Made by a program: the position numbers and the translations under genes | Origin: Tubulanus polymorphus | Taxonomy: Eukaryota > Animalia > Nemertea | Direction: 5' to 3' | Length of the DNA stretch: 64,000 nucleotides | NCBI RefSeq assembly: GCF_964204645.1 | Contig: NC_134034.1 | Span: forward strand, 1,426,072-1,490,071 | Shown here: positions 14,470-28,707 of the stretch, in pieces | How the letters are laid out: each line of letters opens with the position of its first letter | How positions within the stretch are numbered: the first letter of the stretch is position 1 | The notes under the pieces: generated by a model | Told to the model about the DNA's origin: nothing | Databases searched by the model: none | The model's input: only the letters and a program-made list of their open reading frames with translations

Positions 14470-14892
14470 AGGATTCCGTTTGTGGTGAGTGAGGGTCCAC
14501 CAGGTGTCGTTAGTGCGCAGTAGGATATCAACGCCCGCCGTAATGGTGGATTCCACTTGCAGCAAGTGAGGATCCAGCAGGTGTCGCTAGTGTGCAGTAG
14601 GACATCGACTACTGCGGTAACATAGGATTCCACTTGTGGCATGTGAGGATCCACCAGATGTCGCTAGTGTGCAGTAGGACATCAACTACTGCGACAAGAG
14701 AGGATTCCACTTGTGGCAAGCAAGGAACCACCAGATGTCGCTAGTATAGTGACTCGGTCTTCCCCGTTCAATTTTTAACTATATTTCAATGTAACACCTG
14801 ATCAACTTTCCTTCCCTTTAGCTAAGCAAATCGATGGGACTTCCAATAACGCTACTGCGGCAATAGAGGATTCCACTTTATGGCAAGCGAGG
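14470..14892 (-). repeat. 77-bp dispersed minisatellite family (GTAGTTGATGTCCTACTGCACACTAGCGACACCTGGTGGATCCTCACTTGCCACAAGTGGAATCCTCTATTGCCGCA)
   Basis: About 3.5 units plus a fragment. Confidence 0.9.
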
Positions 14893-15917
14893 AAGCAATT
14901 AACGCATTTCAATTTCTACTACATTTCAGTTAAAATCGAATGAAGTTTTCTCTTAGAAATAAATCGATCATTAATGAAAATCGTACCAATTACTGAGTTG
15001 AAACATGAACATTAGAGTGTATTTGGTGGGTGTATCTCGACCGGTGTGTGCGACTGCATGGTACACAACTAGTATGATTACTGTATATATAGGAGTGTTC
15101 TTAATCAATTAAATAAGAGGGGAATCAATACTAAACCTAGTAACAGATCAAAACAAAGAAACAATCTGCACTTCGATTACTGACTTCAAAATCTAACCCG
15201 GTTTCGTTCCCGGTTTATGGGGGAAACTTTACCAAATCAAATCAAACCAAATCAATCAAATCAATAAAAAGGGCAGTGTCGCCCTTATTTTGAGATGGAA
15301 AAAAATCAGCGTATAACAGACGACATTGCAGCGGGCTAGTGGCGGGCGCATGCGCACTGATATGTAACCGGTAAGTTATTGATAAAGTGCTGTTGACCCC
15401 GTGGGAAATCACGGAATTCTACACGGCGGATTAGGTCTCCGTCGAAGCGTCGCTCGACGTTTGCAGCGTTGCTGACGGTTGACGTTGAACGTATTTAACG
15501 TCAACAGAACGACGCCCGGATTTAGACGTTCGGCGCAGCGTAACGTAACGCCGCCAGTCGAGCCGTTTTGGTTGTTCGTTGTTGATCGATGGCAACGGAT
15601 CAAATCAAAGACGTCAATGGGGGATGGGGGGAGTCAATCGGGGAGTGAGGGGGTCTATGGTATCCGATGAAAATAGCAAAGAATGACGGAGGTTTACATT
15701 GTTTCTAAGTCAAACTTGAGCCAAGTTAGAAAATCGTGACTTAATTCCAAAAGTGGTAATAAATCTTAAAACTGGTCTTGGGGGGGGGGGGGAAGGGAAA
15801 ATTCGAACGCTTAACGAATGCTGAAGCATCGAGGAGTGGAGTGCTGGCCGAGATAAGCTGTCCTCGCTGGTAGGGGGTCGGGTACATTGAGTACGCGGTG
15901 CATGGTCACTTACCTCA

Positions 15918-16170
15918 GGTGGAATCCTCTATTGCCGCGGTAGATTAGTCATACTGCACACTAGCGACACCTGGTGGATCCTAACTTGTCACAAATGGAA
16001 CCCTCTATTGCCGCAGTAGTTGATGTCCTACTGCACACTAGCGACACCTGGTGGATCCTCACTTGCCACAAGTGGAATCCTCTATTGCCGCAGTAGTTGA
16101 TGTCCTACTGCACACTATCGACACCTAGTGCCGCATCCTCGCTTGCCATAAGTGGAATGCTCTATTGCAA
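15918..16170 (+). repeat. 77-bp family cluster
   Basis: About 3 units. Confidence 0.9.
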
Positions 16171-16759
16171 CAGCAGTTACAAAGTTTATTTCATTTGCTC
16201 CTTTATTGAAAAAAAGATTGAACACAGATCATTTTGTCATACAATATACATATGCATCTGCTGCACATTAACTGCATCCTCGCTTGCCGCAGTAGCTTGC
16301 GGAGTTCTCATTTAGACAAAAATCGAGTCGAATCGAAAGAAACCGTTTCGCTCTCATTAAACATTAAACATGCTTTGCGAAACTACGAAATTACGTGTCG
16401 GCAAAATCCGTCGACAACAATTTGTTTTAATCATAAAACCATTTCTAGTAGGCTCGTATTTTCGGATTCGTGAAATATTCATGCATCCAATCGAGTAGGG
16501 AGTATTAGGACCTGTCTACTTCAAGCGCCGTTTCACTCACAATGAAAACAGTGCGAGCTGCGCACTAAACTTCGAATGTTATTTTAATGAGGCGAAAAAC
16601 TGGCGCGTCACGAGGGTTCTTCAAACGGCGACGACGAATCTTTATGCCACGGTTTTTGTACGTTTAGAAAAATAAAATCACTCGATAAAGTCGTGAATTT
16701 CGATTTAATTTTTTATATTGTTAAGTTATTTGAAAAGAAGGAACATTATTTCATTGCAA

Positions 16760-16940
16760 CAATCCTAACAACATTCAGTTCCCTGATTGTCAACTCGGTG
16801 AAATATTAACAGCAGTCCTAACACCACTGAGTTCCTTGATTCTCAACCCGGTGAAATATTAACAGCAGCCCCAACGCTACCGAGTTCCCTGATAGTCAAC
16901 TCGGTGAAATATTTACAGCAGTCTCACTACCGAGTTCCAA
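16760..16940 (+). repeat. About 53-bp tandem repeat x3
   Basis: GTTCCCTGAT.GTCAACTCGGTGAAATATTAACAGCAG units. Confidence 0.8.
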
Positions 16941-17525
16941 CAACATCACGCCCTATCCAACTACCGAATTACCGAGGCCGCTTAAGACCGACTCTCCGTC
17001 GCGCCGTCTGGTGGGAAAGTCGGTATAACACGACGCAGTTAGCCGTAACGTGGGAGTAATGTAGATGATTTATTGTAGGTGCGAATCGTTTCGTACCGGG
17101 AATAGCTAATTGTGTATTCTACTTAATTCGTATTAGAAGCTTAGATTCTTTGATTACTGAAATAAGTCTAAACACCCTCCTCTAATCAAGGCTAATGTTC
17201 GCATTCAGATCGTAATGGTTTCCATCTGATGAGAAAACGCGAAGGTTTTTAAGTACGCCGACATTATAAAACTCGCCCGACTCGAAACCTACGCTCTCGA
17301 ATTTTATGGCCGAATTTCATCGGCGCAGGTTCGGCAGAAATTGGTCAGCCAATCGACAGCTAGACGTTCCGTAATTAAAGCTATTTTAATACTAACCGGT
17401 GTAAGGGGGAGAAACAAGCAGATTTCAGAAACTGACCAATGTAGACCAGCCGTACTATTTTAAAACGGGTTCTTTAGTAACTTGCCATCAAACAACTTTT
17501 CAACAACTGTCCACTATAACGTGGA

Positions 17526-18706
17526 TCCTTTCAGCAACTGGTCCCTGTACCGTGGTAGCAAAACACTGGCCTTTCAGTAACTGAGCCCTGTACCGTGGTA
17601 GCAAAACACTGGCCTTTCAGTAACTGCGCCCTGTACCGTGGTAGCTAAACACTGGCCTTTCATTAACTGAGCCCTGTACCGTGGTAGCTGAACACTGGCC
17701 TTTCAGTAACTGAGCCCTGTACCATGGTAGCTAAACACTGGCCTTTCGGTAACTGATCCCTGCACCGTGGTAACTAAACACTGGCCTTTCAGTAACTGAG
17801 CCCTGTACCGTGGTAGCAAAACACTGGCCTTTCAGTAACTGAGCCCTGTACCGTGGTAGCTGAACACTGGCCTTTCAGTAACTGAGCCCTGTACCGTGGT
17901 AGCAAAACACTGGCCTTTCAGTAACTGATCCCTGTACCGTGGTAGCTAAACACTGGCCTTTCAGTAACTAATCCCTGTACCGTGGTAGCTAAACACTGGC
18001 CTTTCAGTAACTAGTCCCTGCACCGTGGTAGCTAAACACTGGCCTTTCAGTAACTGAGCCCTGTACCGTGGTAGCAAAACACTGGCCTTTCAGTAACTGA
18101 GCCCTGCACCGCGGTAGCAAAACACTGGCCTTTCGGTAACTGAGCCCTGTACCGTGGTAGCAAAACACTGGCCTTTCAGTAACTGAGCCCTGCACCGCGG
18201 TAGCAAAACACTGGCCTTTCGGTAACTGAGCCCTGTACCGTGGTAGCAAAACACTGGCCTTTCGATAACTGAGCCCTGTACCGTGGTAGCTAAACACTGG
18301 CCTTTCAGTAACTGAGCCCTGTACCGTGGTAGCAAAACACTGGCCTTTCAGTAACTGAGCCCTGTACCGTGGTAGCAAAACACTGGCCTTTCAGTAACTG
18401 ATCCCTGTACCGTGGTAGCAAAACACTGGCCTTTCAGTAACTGATCCCTGTACCGTGGTAGCAAAACACTGGCCTTTCAGTAACTGATCCCTGCACCGTG
18501 GTAGTTAAACACTCAGCAACTGGTCCCTGCACCGTGGTAGCAAAACACTGGCCTTTCAGTAACTGAGCCCTGTACCGCGGTAGTTAAACACTCAGCAACT
18601 GGTCCCTGCACCGTGGTAGCAAAACACTGGCCTTTCAGTAACTGAGCCCTGTACCGTGGTAGTTAAACACTCAGCAACTGGTCCTTATACCGTGGTATCT
18701 GAACAC
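17526..18706 (+). repeat. 43-bp minisatellite (CACTGGCCTTTCAGTAACTGAGCCCTGTACCGTGGTAGCAAAA), about 27 units
   Basis: Highly homogeneous tandem array; a few terminal units lack TGGCCTT. Confidence 0.97.
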
Positions 18707-19292
18707 TTGTTAACACAATGATAGTACAAAATATAGTTAAGCGCTGGATATGTTGCGATGTTGCATCTATATAGGATTAACTAGATAAACTACAAGCTAA
18801 AGCCTGGTGAATAATGTAGCGTAGAATCGTCTGTTTAAACAGTGTTTAGTGTAAGGTGTAAAACATGACGTATGAAAACAACGCGCGGCGGAATCGTTAC
18901 TCAACTAGAGCGATGTCGGCTTTAGTATATACAGTTACTAAATCCTCATTTGTTATCATCATCATCATCATGATCATCATCATAACTCTATTGTTTTCGG
19001 GAGAATAAATGGCGCCCGTAATCTAGTTTAGGAGTTTGATGAAGCCGGCCGGAATTTACGACCCGGTGTGGGAGGCAACGCGCGTTTAACGTAAACATCA
19101 ATCGTGAACTAGAGTAAACACACACACACAGTGTTACCGGTGTATTCCGGTTATCGGGTTGATATATCGACATCCGATTATATCTTTTTTATTCGCTACT
19201 GACTTACCATACCCCTAACCCGCCAGGCTACATTAACGCCCCCTATATGTAATCCGCTATTACCGCAATAGTTCTGATGTAACATTCCATAC

Positions 19293-19775
19293 GAGCGACA
19301 CCTGGTGGATCTTCACTTGCCACGAGTGGAATCCTCTAGTGTCGCAGAATTCGGTGTCTTACTGCGCACTAACGACACCTGGTGGATCCTCACTTGCCAC
19401 AAGTGGAATCCTCTATTGCCGCAGTAGTTGGTGTTCTATACTGCACACTAGCGACACGTGGTGAATCCTTACTTTCCACAAGTGGAATCTTCTATTGCCG
19501 CAGCAGTCGATGTCTCACAGCACACAATCGACACCTGGTGTATCCTCACTTGCCACAAGTGAGTGGAATTCTCTATTATCGCAGTAGTTAATGCCCTACT
19601 GCACACTAGCGACACCTGGTGGATCCTTACTTGCCACAAGTTGAATCTTCTATTGCCGCAGCAGTCGATGTCTCACTGCACAAAATCGACACCTGGTGGA
19701 TCCTCACTTGCCACAAGTGAGTGGAATCCTCTATTATCGCAGTAGTTAATGTCCTACTGCACACTAGCGACACCA
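19293..19775 (+). repeat. 77-bp family cluster
   Basis: About 6.5 units. Confidence 0.92.
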
Positions 19776-20214
19776 CGCGGATACTCGATGATGACCGCTT
19801 ATGAAACCTCTATCGTCGTTACAAACGGGTACAAGTAAAAAGTTCGAGGGGTTGAAATGTGAATTTTTGGAGCAAGCGCGTACTTTTCGACGAGGTTTAT
19901 TTGTATACAGCGCTGGATAGAAATTGATTGAAATGCACTCCAGTCAGTAAGTAATTCAGGCAGATGGTTGAGTTTACGTAGGTATAATTGTATATTAGAA
20001 GTATTTAGATGTTTTATAACAACTGACGCAGTAAAACGCGCTGGAAACTACAGACGGGCTGTTCTCGCTGCAGCGTCGACTTGTTGTTGTCAATAGTGTT
20101 ATGTACCCGGCCAGATCCCTCTCTCCTCTACCCTCTCCATTTCCGTTACTCTTTAAAACTATGTCTATTAAACTGTGTATGTATACAATTGTGTAGGTAT
20201 GCGAGATGGAAGTG

Positions 20215-20505
20215 AGGAGAGAGGAGTGAGAGGAGAGGGGAGAGGGGAGAGGGGAGAGCAGAGAGGGAGAGGGGAGAGGGGAGAGGGGAGAAGGGAGAGG
20301 GGAGAAGGGAGAGGAGAGAGGAGAGAGGAGAGAGGAGAGGGGAGGGAGAGGGGAGAGGGGAGAGGGGGAGAGGGGAGAGGGGAGAGGGGAGAGGGGAGAG
20401 GGGAGAGGGGAGAGGGGAGAGGGGAGAGGGGAGAGGGGAGGGAGGGGAGAGAGGGGAGAGGGGAGAGGAGAGAGAAGAGAGGATAGAGGAGAGAGGAGAG
20501 AGAAA
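20215..20505 (+). repeat. (GGGGAGA)n polypurine tract
   Basis: Direct reading. Confidence 0.95.
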
Positions 20506-20547
20506 GTAATTAGAGGGAAAGGGAGGTAGAGAACACAGAGAACATAA

Positions 20548-20742
20548 GCAGGGATTTATGACAAGAAAAATCCCTGTTTGTTCCATAAACGGAAAATCTC
20601 CATGACCATGTCCCAGCTCGACAGTCGGGATAAGCCTAACGGGACTCGAACCTGTGACCCCAGTCGAGTTTGCTTACCACTACCATAGACCAGAGCTATA
20701 GAATATCATGGTCGGTGCGCTGACCATCAAGCTATTGACTAA
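20548..20742 (-). mobile_element. tRNA-derived SINE-like element or tRNA pseudogene
   Basis: Minus strand has an A box TAGCTTGATGG (20734-20724) and a B box GGTTCGAGTCCC (20652-20641) about 70 nt apart, a degenerate acceptor stem, and a 9-bp hairpin CAGGGATTT/AAATCCCTG downstream. Confidence 0.45.
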
Positions 20743-21651
20743 CAATACCCGCAATTATTCTCAGATCACCAAGCGTTTCTCGTATCAGAATAGTCCAGGG
20801 TTTTTCTTAGTTCGAATTACATAGCAGTTTCCCAGGGGCGTCAGTGTGATTTTAAAGGAGCGAACTATCAGCCGTACGTTGCTCGATTATTCACCGACAT
20901 TTCCGAAGTCATCAGCAAGCATTTATGAATCCTTCAAATCGGTGAAATATTCTTAAATAGTTTTTTTTTTAAATTCAGAAACTTGGGAGGGACGTTTTCT
21001 CGACCTTTTAAGGCGAAATATTTCCGTGAAAAAAAAACAAAATTTGGAACTGAAAAGGGAGGTCGTCCGCACCCCCTAACCCCCTCTGGTTTCGCCCATG
21101 TTCCCCACCAAACGAGCAAAAAAATGTCATATTTGAGGGAATTGAAAATATGTGAAAAATGCGAAATAGTCAGTGAAAAGGTAATTCCGGACCTGAATAA
21201 GAGTCAAACTTGCGGCAATGGGGGAAAGTATGAATTCATAGAATTACACTTTTCATCCAGCAGTAAGCGGCAGCGCAAACCACAAGTTTTCGATATTCTA
21301 AAATATAGCTTTTAATCAAGCGTTGATGCGGGCTCGTTTTCGAATTTTGAATTCAACCGATTTTAACGGAAAAAATATATAAAACTGAATGAACAAGGAT
21401 TTCCTGCTTCCGCGTTATCTGAGTGTACACCTGAACGTGTCGGTCCGATATTCCCCCATCCTAAACGACACTTCCCCGTTTCAAACTAATGTCACACAAT
21501 TCCAAATACAATACCTACGTCCTGTCTTTAGTTATGGATATCCGCCAGGAAATTGATTTACAAAAAAAATTGTTATTTTCATTTTGGTGTGGTGAGGCTT
21601 GCGGGGGCGTCGTTTAAATCTATATACCATTTAATCACCGAACTGTAGCCA

Positions 21652-22378
21652 ATTTTATAGACTGGTCATCAAAGTTATCCCTAGGGATAAATCCTTAACC
21701 CGGGCCTGGTTTTATAGACTGGGTATCAAAGTTATCCCTAGGGATAAATCCTTAACCCGGGCCTGGTTTTATAGTCTGGGTATCAAAGTTATCCCTAGGG
21801 ATAAATCCTTAACCCGGGCCTGGTTTTATAGTCTGGGTATCAAAGTTATCCCTAGGGATAAATCCTTAACCTGGGCCTGGTTTTATAGACTGGTTATCAA
21901 AGTTATCACAAGGGATAAATCCTTAACCTGGACCTGGTATAATAGACTGGGTACCAAAGTTATCCTTAGGGATAAATCCTCAACTTGAACCTGGTTCTAT
22001 AGACTGGGTATCAAAGTTATCCCTAGGGATAAATCCTTAACCTGGGCCTGGTTTTATAGACTGGGTATCAAGTTATCCCTAGGGATAAATCCTTAACATG
22101 GACCTGGTTTTATAGACTGGGTATCAAGTTATCCCTAGGGATAAATCCTTAACCTGGGCCTGGTTTATAGACTGGGTATCAAAGTTATCCCTAGGGATAA
22201 ATCGTTAACCTGGACCTAGTTTTTATAGACTGGGTATCAAAGTTATCCCTAGGGATAAATCGTTAACCTGGACCTAGTTTTATAGACTGGGTATCAAAGT
22301 TATCCCTAGGGATAAATCGTTAACCTGGACCTAGTTTTATAGACTGGGTATCAAAGTAACCCTAGGGGTAAATCCTAA
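21652..22378 (+). repeat. 57-bp minisatellite with internal palindrome TTATCCCTAGGGATAA, about 13 units
   Basis: Unit GGGTATCAAAGTTATCCCTAGGGATAAATCCTTAACCYGGGCCTGGTTTTATAGACT. Confidence 0.95.
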
Positions 22379-22467
22379 GTTATATACAGAATTTTATCAT
22401 CCACGGTGTTTTTATATTGTAAAGCGCAATGAGCTTTTCATATCAGAAAAAAATGAAGATTATATCC

Positions 22468-22791
<324 letters not shown>

Positions 22792-23887
22792 ACACATCTC
22801 CGGGTTGCTACTGTACCGAGGCTCAACCGGACAATGGCGCTGACGTAAACCTATTGTTTGGCCGTGAATTATTCAAACAGCTAATCGATTTTTGTGAAGC
22901 CTTTTTTTTTAGATGTCATTTTACTATTCGCACTCTCAATATCTATATGTATATAAATATTTACCAGAACAATTCAGACGATGATTTAGACATTTTCTGA
23001 AGAGCCGACAAGTGCTACTATTTCCTCGTAACCAGATTGCGCGTCAGATTGCGCGTTCGTGTCTATTTCGAGTGTCGGTTGTGCAAATATGAATGGAGAA
23101 TAAAAACGGCCCGAAAAATATAAGCACAACGATAATAAAAAGAATTGGAATTCAAACTTTTTTTTCAGCATGCAAGATGCATTTAATTAAGTCATCGTGT
23201 ACTATATATAGTACACAGAGCATTATGGAAATATCACAATTTTTTCAATCAATGTCCGCTATACGCGAGAAAATCCCACCCGCCAGATGGCGTGACGAGC
23301 GTTTAGTCGGATATCAAATTTAAACCGGATTTTAAGACTCCCGAATTCATACACTATCACAGGACCCGTCACCAAGTATATATCAAATTCATTTTCTACT
23401 CAATGATTGGTTTAGTTTTCATCACAATAATCGATTTATTTAAGAGATTAGTTTATTCGATTTTAATTGTGATCCAGAAGAAACACCGATTAACAACTAG
23501 CGACACCTGGTGGATCCTCGCTTGCCACAAGCGGAATCTTCGATTGCCGCAGTGTAGCGTTGGCATCTACGAAAAATTGTTCGTTTCTATGCGATACTGC
23601 TGCTGCTGCTGTTGTTGTTGCTGTTGCTGTTGTTGCTGCTGTTGCTGTTGTTACTGGTTCGATTTAATTACTGTTTAATCACTTAAAACCCGACAAATGT
23701 TCGGATTCATCAACGATATTAATGGTGAATGAAACGCGCAGCCGAGAGAGAGAGGAGAGAGAGAGGAGAGAGAGAGCGGAGAGTAATGAATGAATGTTTG
23801 AATTAACGTGAAAATCACGCGATATATTTATTATCCCAGCTCAGATACACGTCGGCTTACTGTGCTAAGACCTTACTCACTCTGGCT

Positions 23888-24060
23888 CCCATTCTCCTGC
23901 CTACTGACCTGAGACTCTGAATCCCATTCTCCTGCCTACTGACCTGAGACTCTGAATCCCATTCTCCTGCCTACTGACCTGAGACTCTGAATCCCATTCT
24001 CTTGCCTACTGACCTGAGACTCTGAATCCCATTCTCCTGCCTACTGACCTGAGACTCTGA
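23888..24060 (+). repeat. 35-bp minisatellite (CCCATTCTCCTGCCTACTGACCTGAGACTCTGAAT) x5
   Basis: Near-identical tandem copies. Confidence 0.95.
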
Positions 24061-25044
24061 CTAACTCCGAGTCATTGTGGTCTGGTTTAGCAATACATAT
24101 CTTTATAATAAATAGACCCTTGGGCGCCCTAGGGGAATGGGTGTAGGAAAAAGGGGATGAAATGTTGCAGAGACTGGGGCGGGAGAACGGTGAGAGACGG
24201 AGGAGGCAGAGGGTAGGGCAAGAAAAGTCAGGGTGTGAGTTTGGATTGAGAGTGCCTGCAACACATGACATCAGCGGCCCACCATCCAGTTCAACAGTGT
24301 TTTGAGTTAAAATTAGTTCATTTTCGATGAGTTAACTCTGAGTCAAATCTTAACTCATAACTGTGGAACTGCGTCCTGCAGAGTTTTCAAGGAACGGAAG
24401 CCGTACAGAAGCTATACGATTTTCACAGACAGCCAGTCAGACAGTCAGTCAGTCAGACAGATTCGAATCATCGATATTGATATAAACACCGGCCAAAAAA
24501 ACGAAAGATAAGTTAAGATTAATTGAGCCTGAATAATGCAGTGTTACGGTTACGATGAAAAGCGACGTGCCATGAAAGGGGGCGAGGGAACGGGGGGGTG
24601 AACGGAGGAACGGGGTGAGGGGGAGTGGGCGAGGGGTGAACGGGGGAACGGGGGAACGGGATGAAGGGCCAGAGTGAGTGACTGAACACAACAACTCGAT
24701 ATTAACACTAAAACGTGACGTTGAAACGCCGTTCTGTTTTAGTATCTCGGCTGCCATAAAGCGAGAAATGATGATAAATGCGTTCCCTCTCTCTCCCCTC
24801 TCTCCCGAGAGACCTATATACACCTCGAAACTTTCGTTTTCTGCTTGCGGAAATAATGCGAAAAATTCCGGCCAAACCTTGAATTTCGACAGATCGCGCG
24901 TCGAGAAATTCTTCCGCATGAAGTTTGAAATGCATTTCCTTTCTCTCGACGCAGTCAGTCAGAAAAACCTTGAAATTCATTTCATTTTTAAGAACTGTTG
25001 TTTTTAGATATATGTTCTCGTGAAATGATCAGCAAAACACCAGA

Positions 25045-26222
25045 AATTTCCATATGACATCATCAAATGACCTACAGAGACAAAGACGTCTTTCTTTATA
25101 AATCCCCATATGGCATCATCAAAATATCTACGGGTGATAAGATCCCAAGACCTATTCATAGGAAAGATGAAACACTCCATAAATCCCCCTATGACATCAT
25201 AAAATTTCCTACAAGTGATTTGGTCTATAAACACTTCCAAAAAAGATGTCTGCCTCCATAAATCCCCCTATGACATCATAAAATTTCCTACAAGTGATTT
25301 GGTCCATAAACACTTCCAAAAAAGATGTCTGCCTCCATAAATCCCCCTATGACATCAAATAAGTAATGATTTGACTTGTAGACCTTTCTATGAAACATGG
25401 GTTGCAGGAAAACCAGTGGGCAGTTTGATGTCGTCACCGGGGGCATAACCGTAGGGAGAGTTATAGTTGTTAAATTAGTCCCGATAGCGGATGGATACGT
25501 GTGTATTGCGGCTAATGATTTAAGGAATAAATCACGTGTTACAGTCCTCGGCTAATAGCCTCGTTACGGGAGGTCGTACGATATGCATAATCGTAAACGA
25601 CAAATCGTCAATATACGACGGACGTGGGTTTACCGCTACTACTGGTCAAACTCAACGGTCATTTACTCCACGAGTACTGCTTAATCCGTACAGTGCTTTA
25701 TACGTTACCTATAAACGGCGAGTCATTAACGCGTTGACTCTTTAGGGAATCCCGCCGAGACTGAAGGGATTCGACCCCTCCCTCATCGATCTCAATTTAG
25801 GGGATAAAACCAGTCTCGCTCCTACGTGTTTGATCTATCGACCCTACAAGAAAGCGTGTCCGCCTTTTCCATAAATCACCCTATGACGTCATCAAATTGT
25901 CTACTAATGATTCGATCAATAGAAAAAGATGGCTGCCTCCATAAACCCTCCTATAACATCATCAAATGGTTAAGTATTGATTTAATCTAAAGCCACTTCT
26001 ATGAAAGATGTCTCCCTCCATAGATCCCCTTATGACATCATCAAATTATCTACTAGTGATTTGATCTAACACTTCTAGAAAACATATCTGCATTCCTAAA
26101 ACCCCATAATGACATCATCAAATTGTCTACTAGCGATTTGGTACATAGACATTTCTAGAAAAGATGCTGCCTTCATAAATCCCCTAATGGCAACATGAAA
26201 TTGTCTACTAGTGATTTGATCC
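25045..26222 (-). repeat. 79-bp family, two clusters (about 25045-25400 and 25868-26222)
   Basis: About 4-5 units each. Confidence 0.88.
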
Positions 26223-27649
26223 GCGACGACCCTGAAGATAAGTTTCTCAATAATGAAAGGCTACGATCTCTCGAAACACTTTGTGAAATTCACCCTCGGG
26301 TCCCTTGTGGGATTTTGCTTTTCTAGTTTTCGCGAAAGAAAAAAAAATCCCCGGAATAAATTCCTATTCAGATCGAGAAAAATGATGATAATTATTTCTG
26401 TGTAACGCGCGTCCGTGACCCGCGAGGAACCGAGCGCCGCGATGTGCACTTCAAGATTACCGAGCGGAAAAATACACGAAACATCACACGACAGCGGATT
26501 TCAATGTTTTTGCCTTCATTTGCATACGATTTGCATCTAATTTGCATAAGTCGACATGTACAAAGCGAGGTTATCAAAGCGGCGTGTGTCGGTGAGATAA
26601 ACAGTATACATGATGATGACATGGTAGCGGTGAGACTTCGAGAAACGCGGGGCAGCGGGTCCTCAGCTGCCGCTGCTGCGGCGGTGCTGCTTGAAAAGAA
26701 AAATCATTATCGTCGCTCCGAGATATTTTGAAGGTTGAACGACAACGAATGTCGACTTTTGAAAACGTGAATTCATTTGAGGACCTCATACCAACCACGA
26801 GGTCACCCACCAGATGGCGTGCGTATCAATATGATGACTAAATCAAATTTAGTTGATTTGCAATGAACTTTCATCTAGACATCAGAACTAAGGCAAATCG
26901 GGTCTCTTGATAACCTCAGGCTTAATGCCGAGAACATGTGTCAGAAAACCCGTTATCGCTGCTTTGCGGCTATATTTAGATATCATCTTAAACTTCCTAT
27001 CGCTTTTCACGAACATTCGTGGCTTCCAGGGGTGAATCTAGGGGTATTCCCCAGGAACTATGGTGTCCAGGCACCGGCTTTTAGTTCATTGATGTGGCCC
27101 CTCTTATCATGACAGGCATCGAATCCGACGTATTTAATCAAAAAAAAATGTCTTCTAACATCGTGGGATGGCACCCAGCCTACAGCGTGCCTACTTCAAC
27201 AGAGAAAGCCTTAAACCTTTTTTTACAGGAGCCAATCCTTCCAATTTGCCTCGGTCTGCCCCCTTGTAACCCGAATCGAAGCTCGTTTAAATTACCCATT
27301 TGAAAACTGAGAGCTTTCAATGATAAATCGAGTAGTTATAGAGATAAAGGGAGGAGAAAACATTAATTGAAAATTGTTTCGTTCTGAATTCACAGACGTC
27401 GAGAGTGTAGCGGGTTTCATATCCAGAGGCTACAAGCGCAGACGAACACAGACGAAAACAAAGATTACTGTTATCCCAAGTCGACAGACTGCAAGTGTGA
27501 TGAAAAATAAGTTTGAATACCACTTTGTCAGTTGAAGAGTCTGACTCTGTGGTTTATAGAGTTCCCGTCGACACAAAGTTGGCATTGTTACTAACAACTC
27601 ACCGTTAGTGGATAGAGGCGGAATTGTTGTGCACATTGTGAAGGGGTAT

Positions 27650-28135
27650 TGCCTCCATGAAATCCACTATGACGTCACCATCTGACCGTGCCTAGTGATT
27701 TCGATCTATAGAAAATACCAGAAAAGATGGCCGCCGTGATAAAGTGTCTGCTCCATCCCCCTATGACATCATCAAATAACCTACTAGTGATGTAATCTAT
27801 AGACCCTTTGAGAAAAGATGTCTGCCTCCATAAATCCCCCTATGACACCATGAGGTTTACCTACTAGGGATTTCATATGTACAGTCACTTTCAGAAAAGA
27901 TGGATACATCCTCCAGTATATTTATATGCACTTTTCAGAAAAGGTGTCTGCCTCCATGAATCCCCCTATGACATCATCAAATTACCTACCAGAGATTTGA
28001 TCTATAGACCCTTTTAGGAAAAGATGTACGCCTCCATGAACCCCCCTATAACATCATCAAATGATCTAACAGTGATTTGATGTATAGACACTTCTAAGAA
28101 AAGGTGTCTGCCTCCATAAATCCCCCTATGAAATC
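27650..28135 (-). repeat. 79-bp family cluster
   Basis: About 6 units. Confidence 0.9.
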
Positions 28136-28707
28136 ACTGACATAGGAGTGTGTCGGATTTTCTGAGCTCGTATACCGATCAAATTACTAGTAGTCGCCAT
28201 ATGACGTCTTGGGGGGGGGGGGGGGGGGGGGATTATACGACTTTTTTTCGAATGGAATGTTTGAGAGACCGAGAAGTTATGACCGTCCGTTTTCAGATGT
28301 CACCTAATGAAACTGCTCCTCGACACTGTGGCATGCGAGGTATGCTATCCGCGGCGCGCGCTGGTCAGATCGTAAATAACCCTTATGAGATATACGAAAC
28401 GTCGATGGTAGAAAAAAATACGGGAAATAACTGCGCTCCTAGGCTCCCGCAGCCCCCCCATTGGAGTGCTTTACCAATCCCGTCTACGGGGAATTGGGAA
28501 AAAACATATTATCAAATATCTTCGTATGAGACCGAAAAAAGTCTAAAGGAATTTACTCGAATAGTATAGGCGTAATCAGTCTGTCCATCATTGAGTTTAG
28601 AATAGTAGTGTGGTGGTTAATTGGCCGTATCAGCTAAACTATGTATCTACTAATAATCATCATAATACCTGGAATACACGTTACATCGCCATTTACATAA
28701 CCTGAAT

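Noticed and set aside
17226-17255. CTGATGAG-AAAAC..GTTTT hammerhead-like start
   Set aside because: No GAAA core or cleavage triplet follows the stem.
27533-27610. SVVYRVP peptide reminiscent of a Penelope GIY-YIG start
   Set aside because: No following Cys or YIG motif, and the frame closes quickly.
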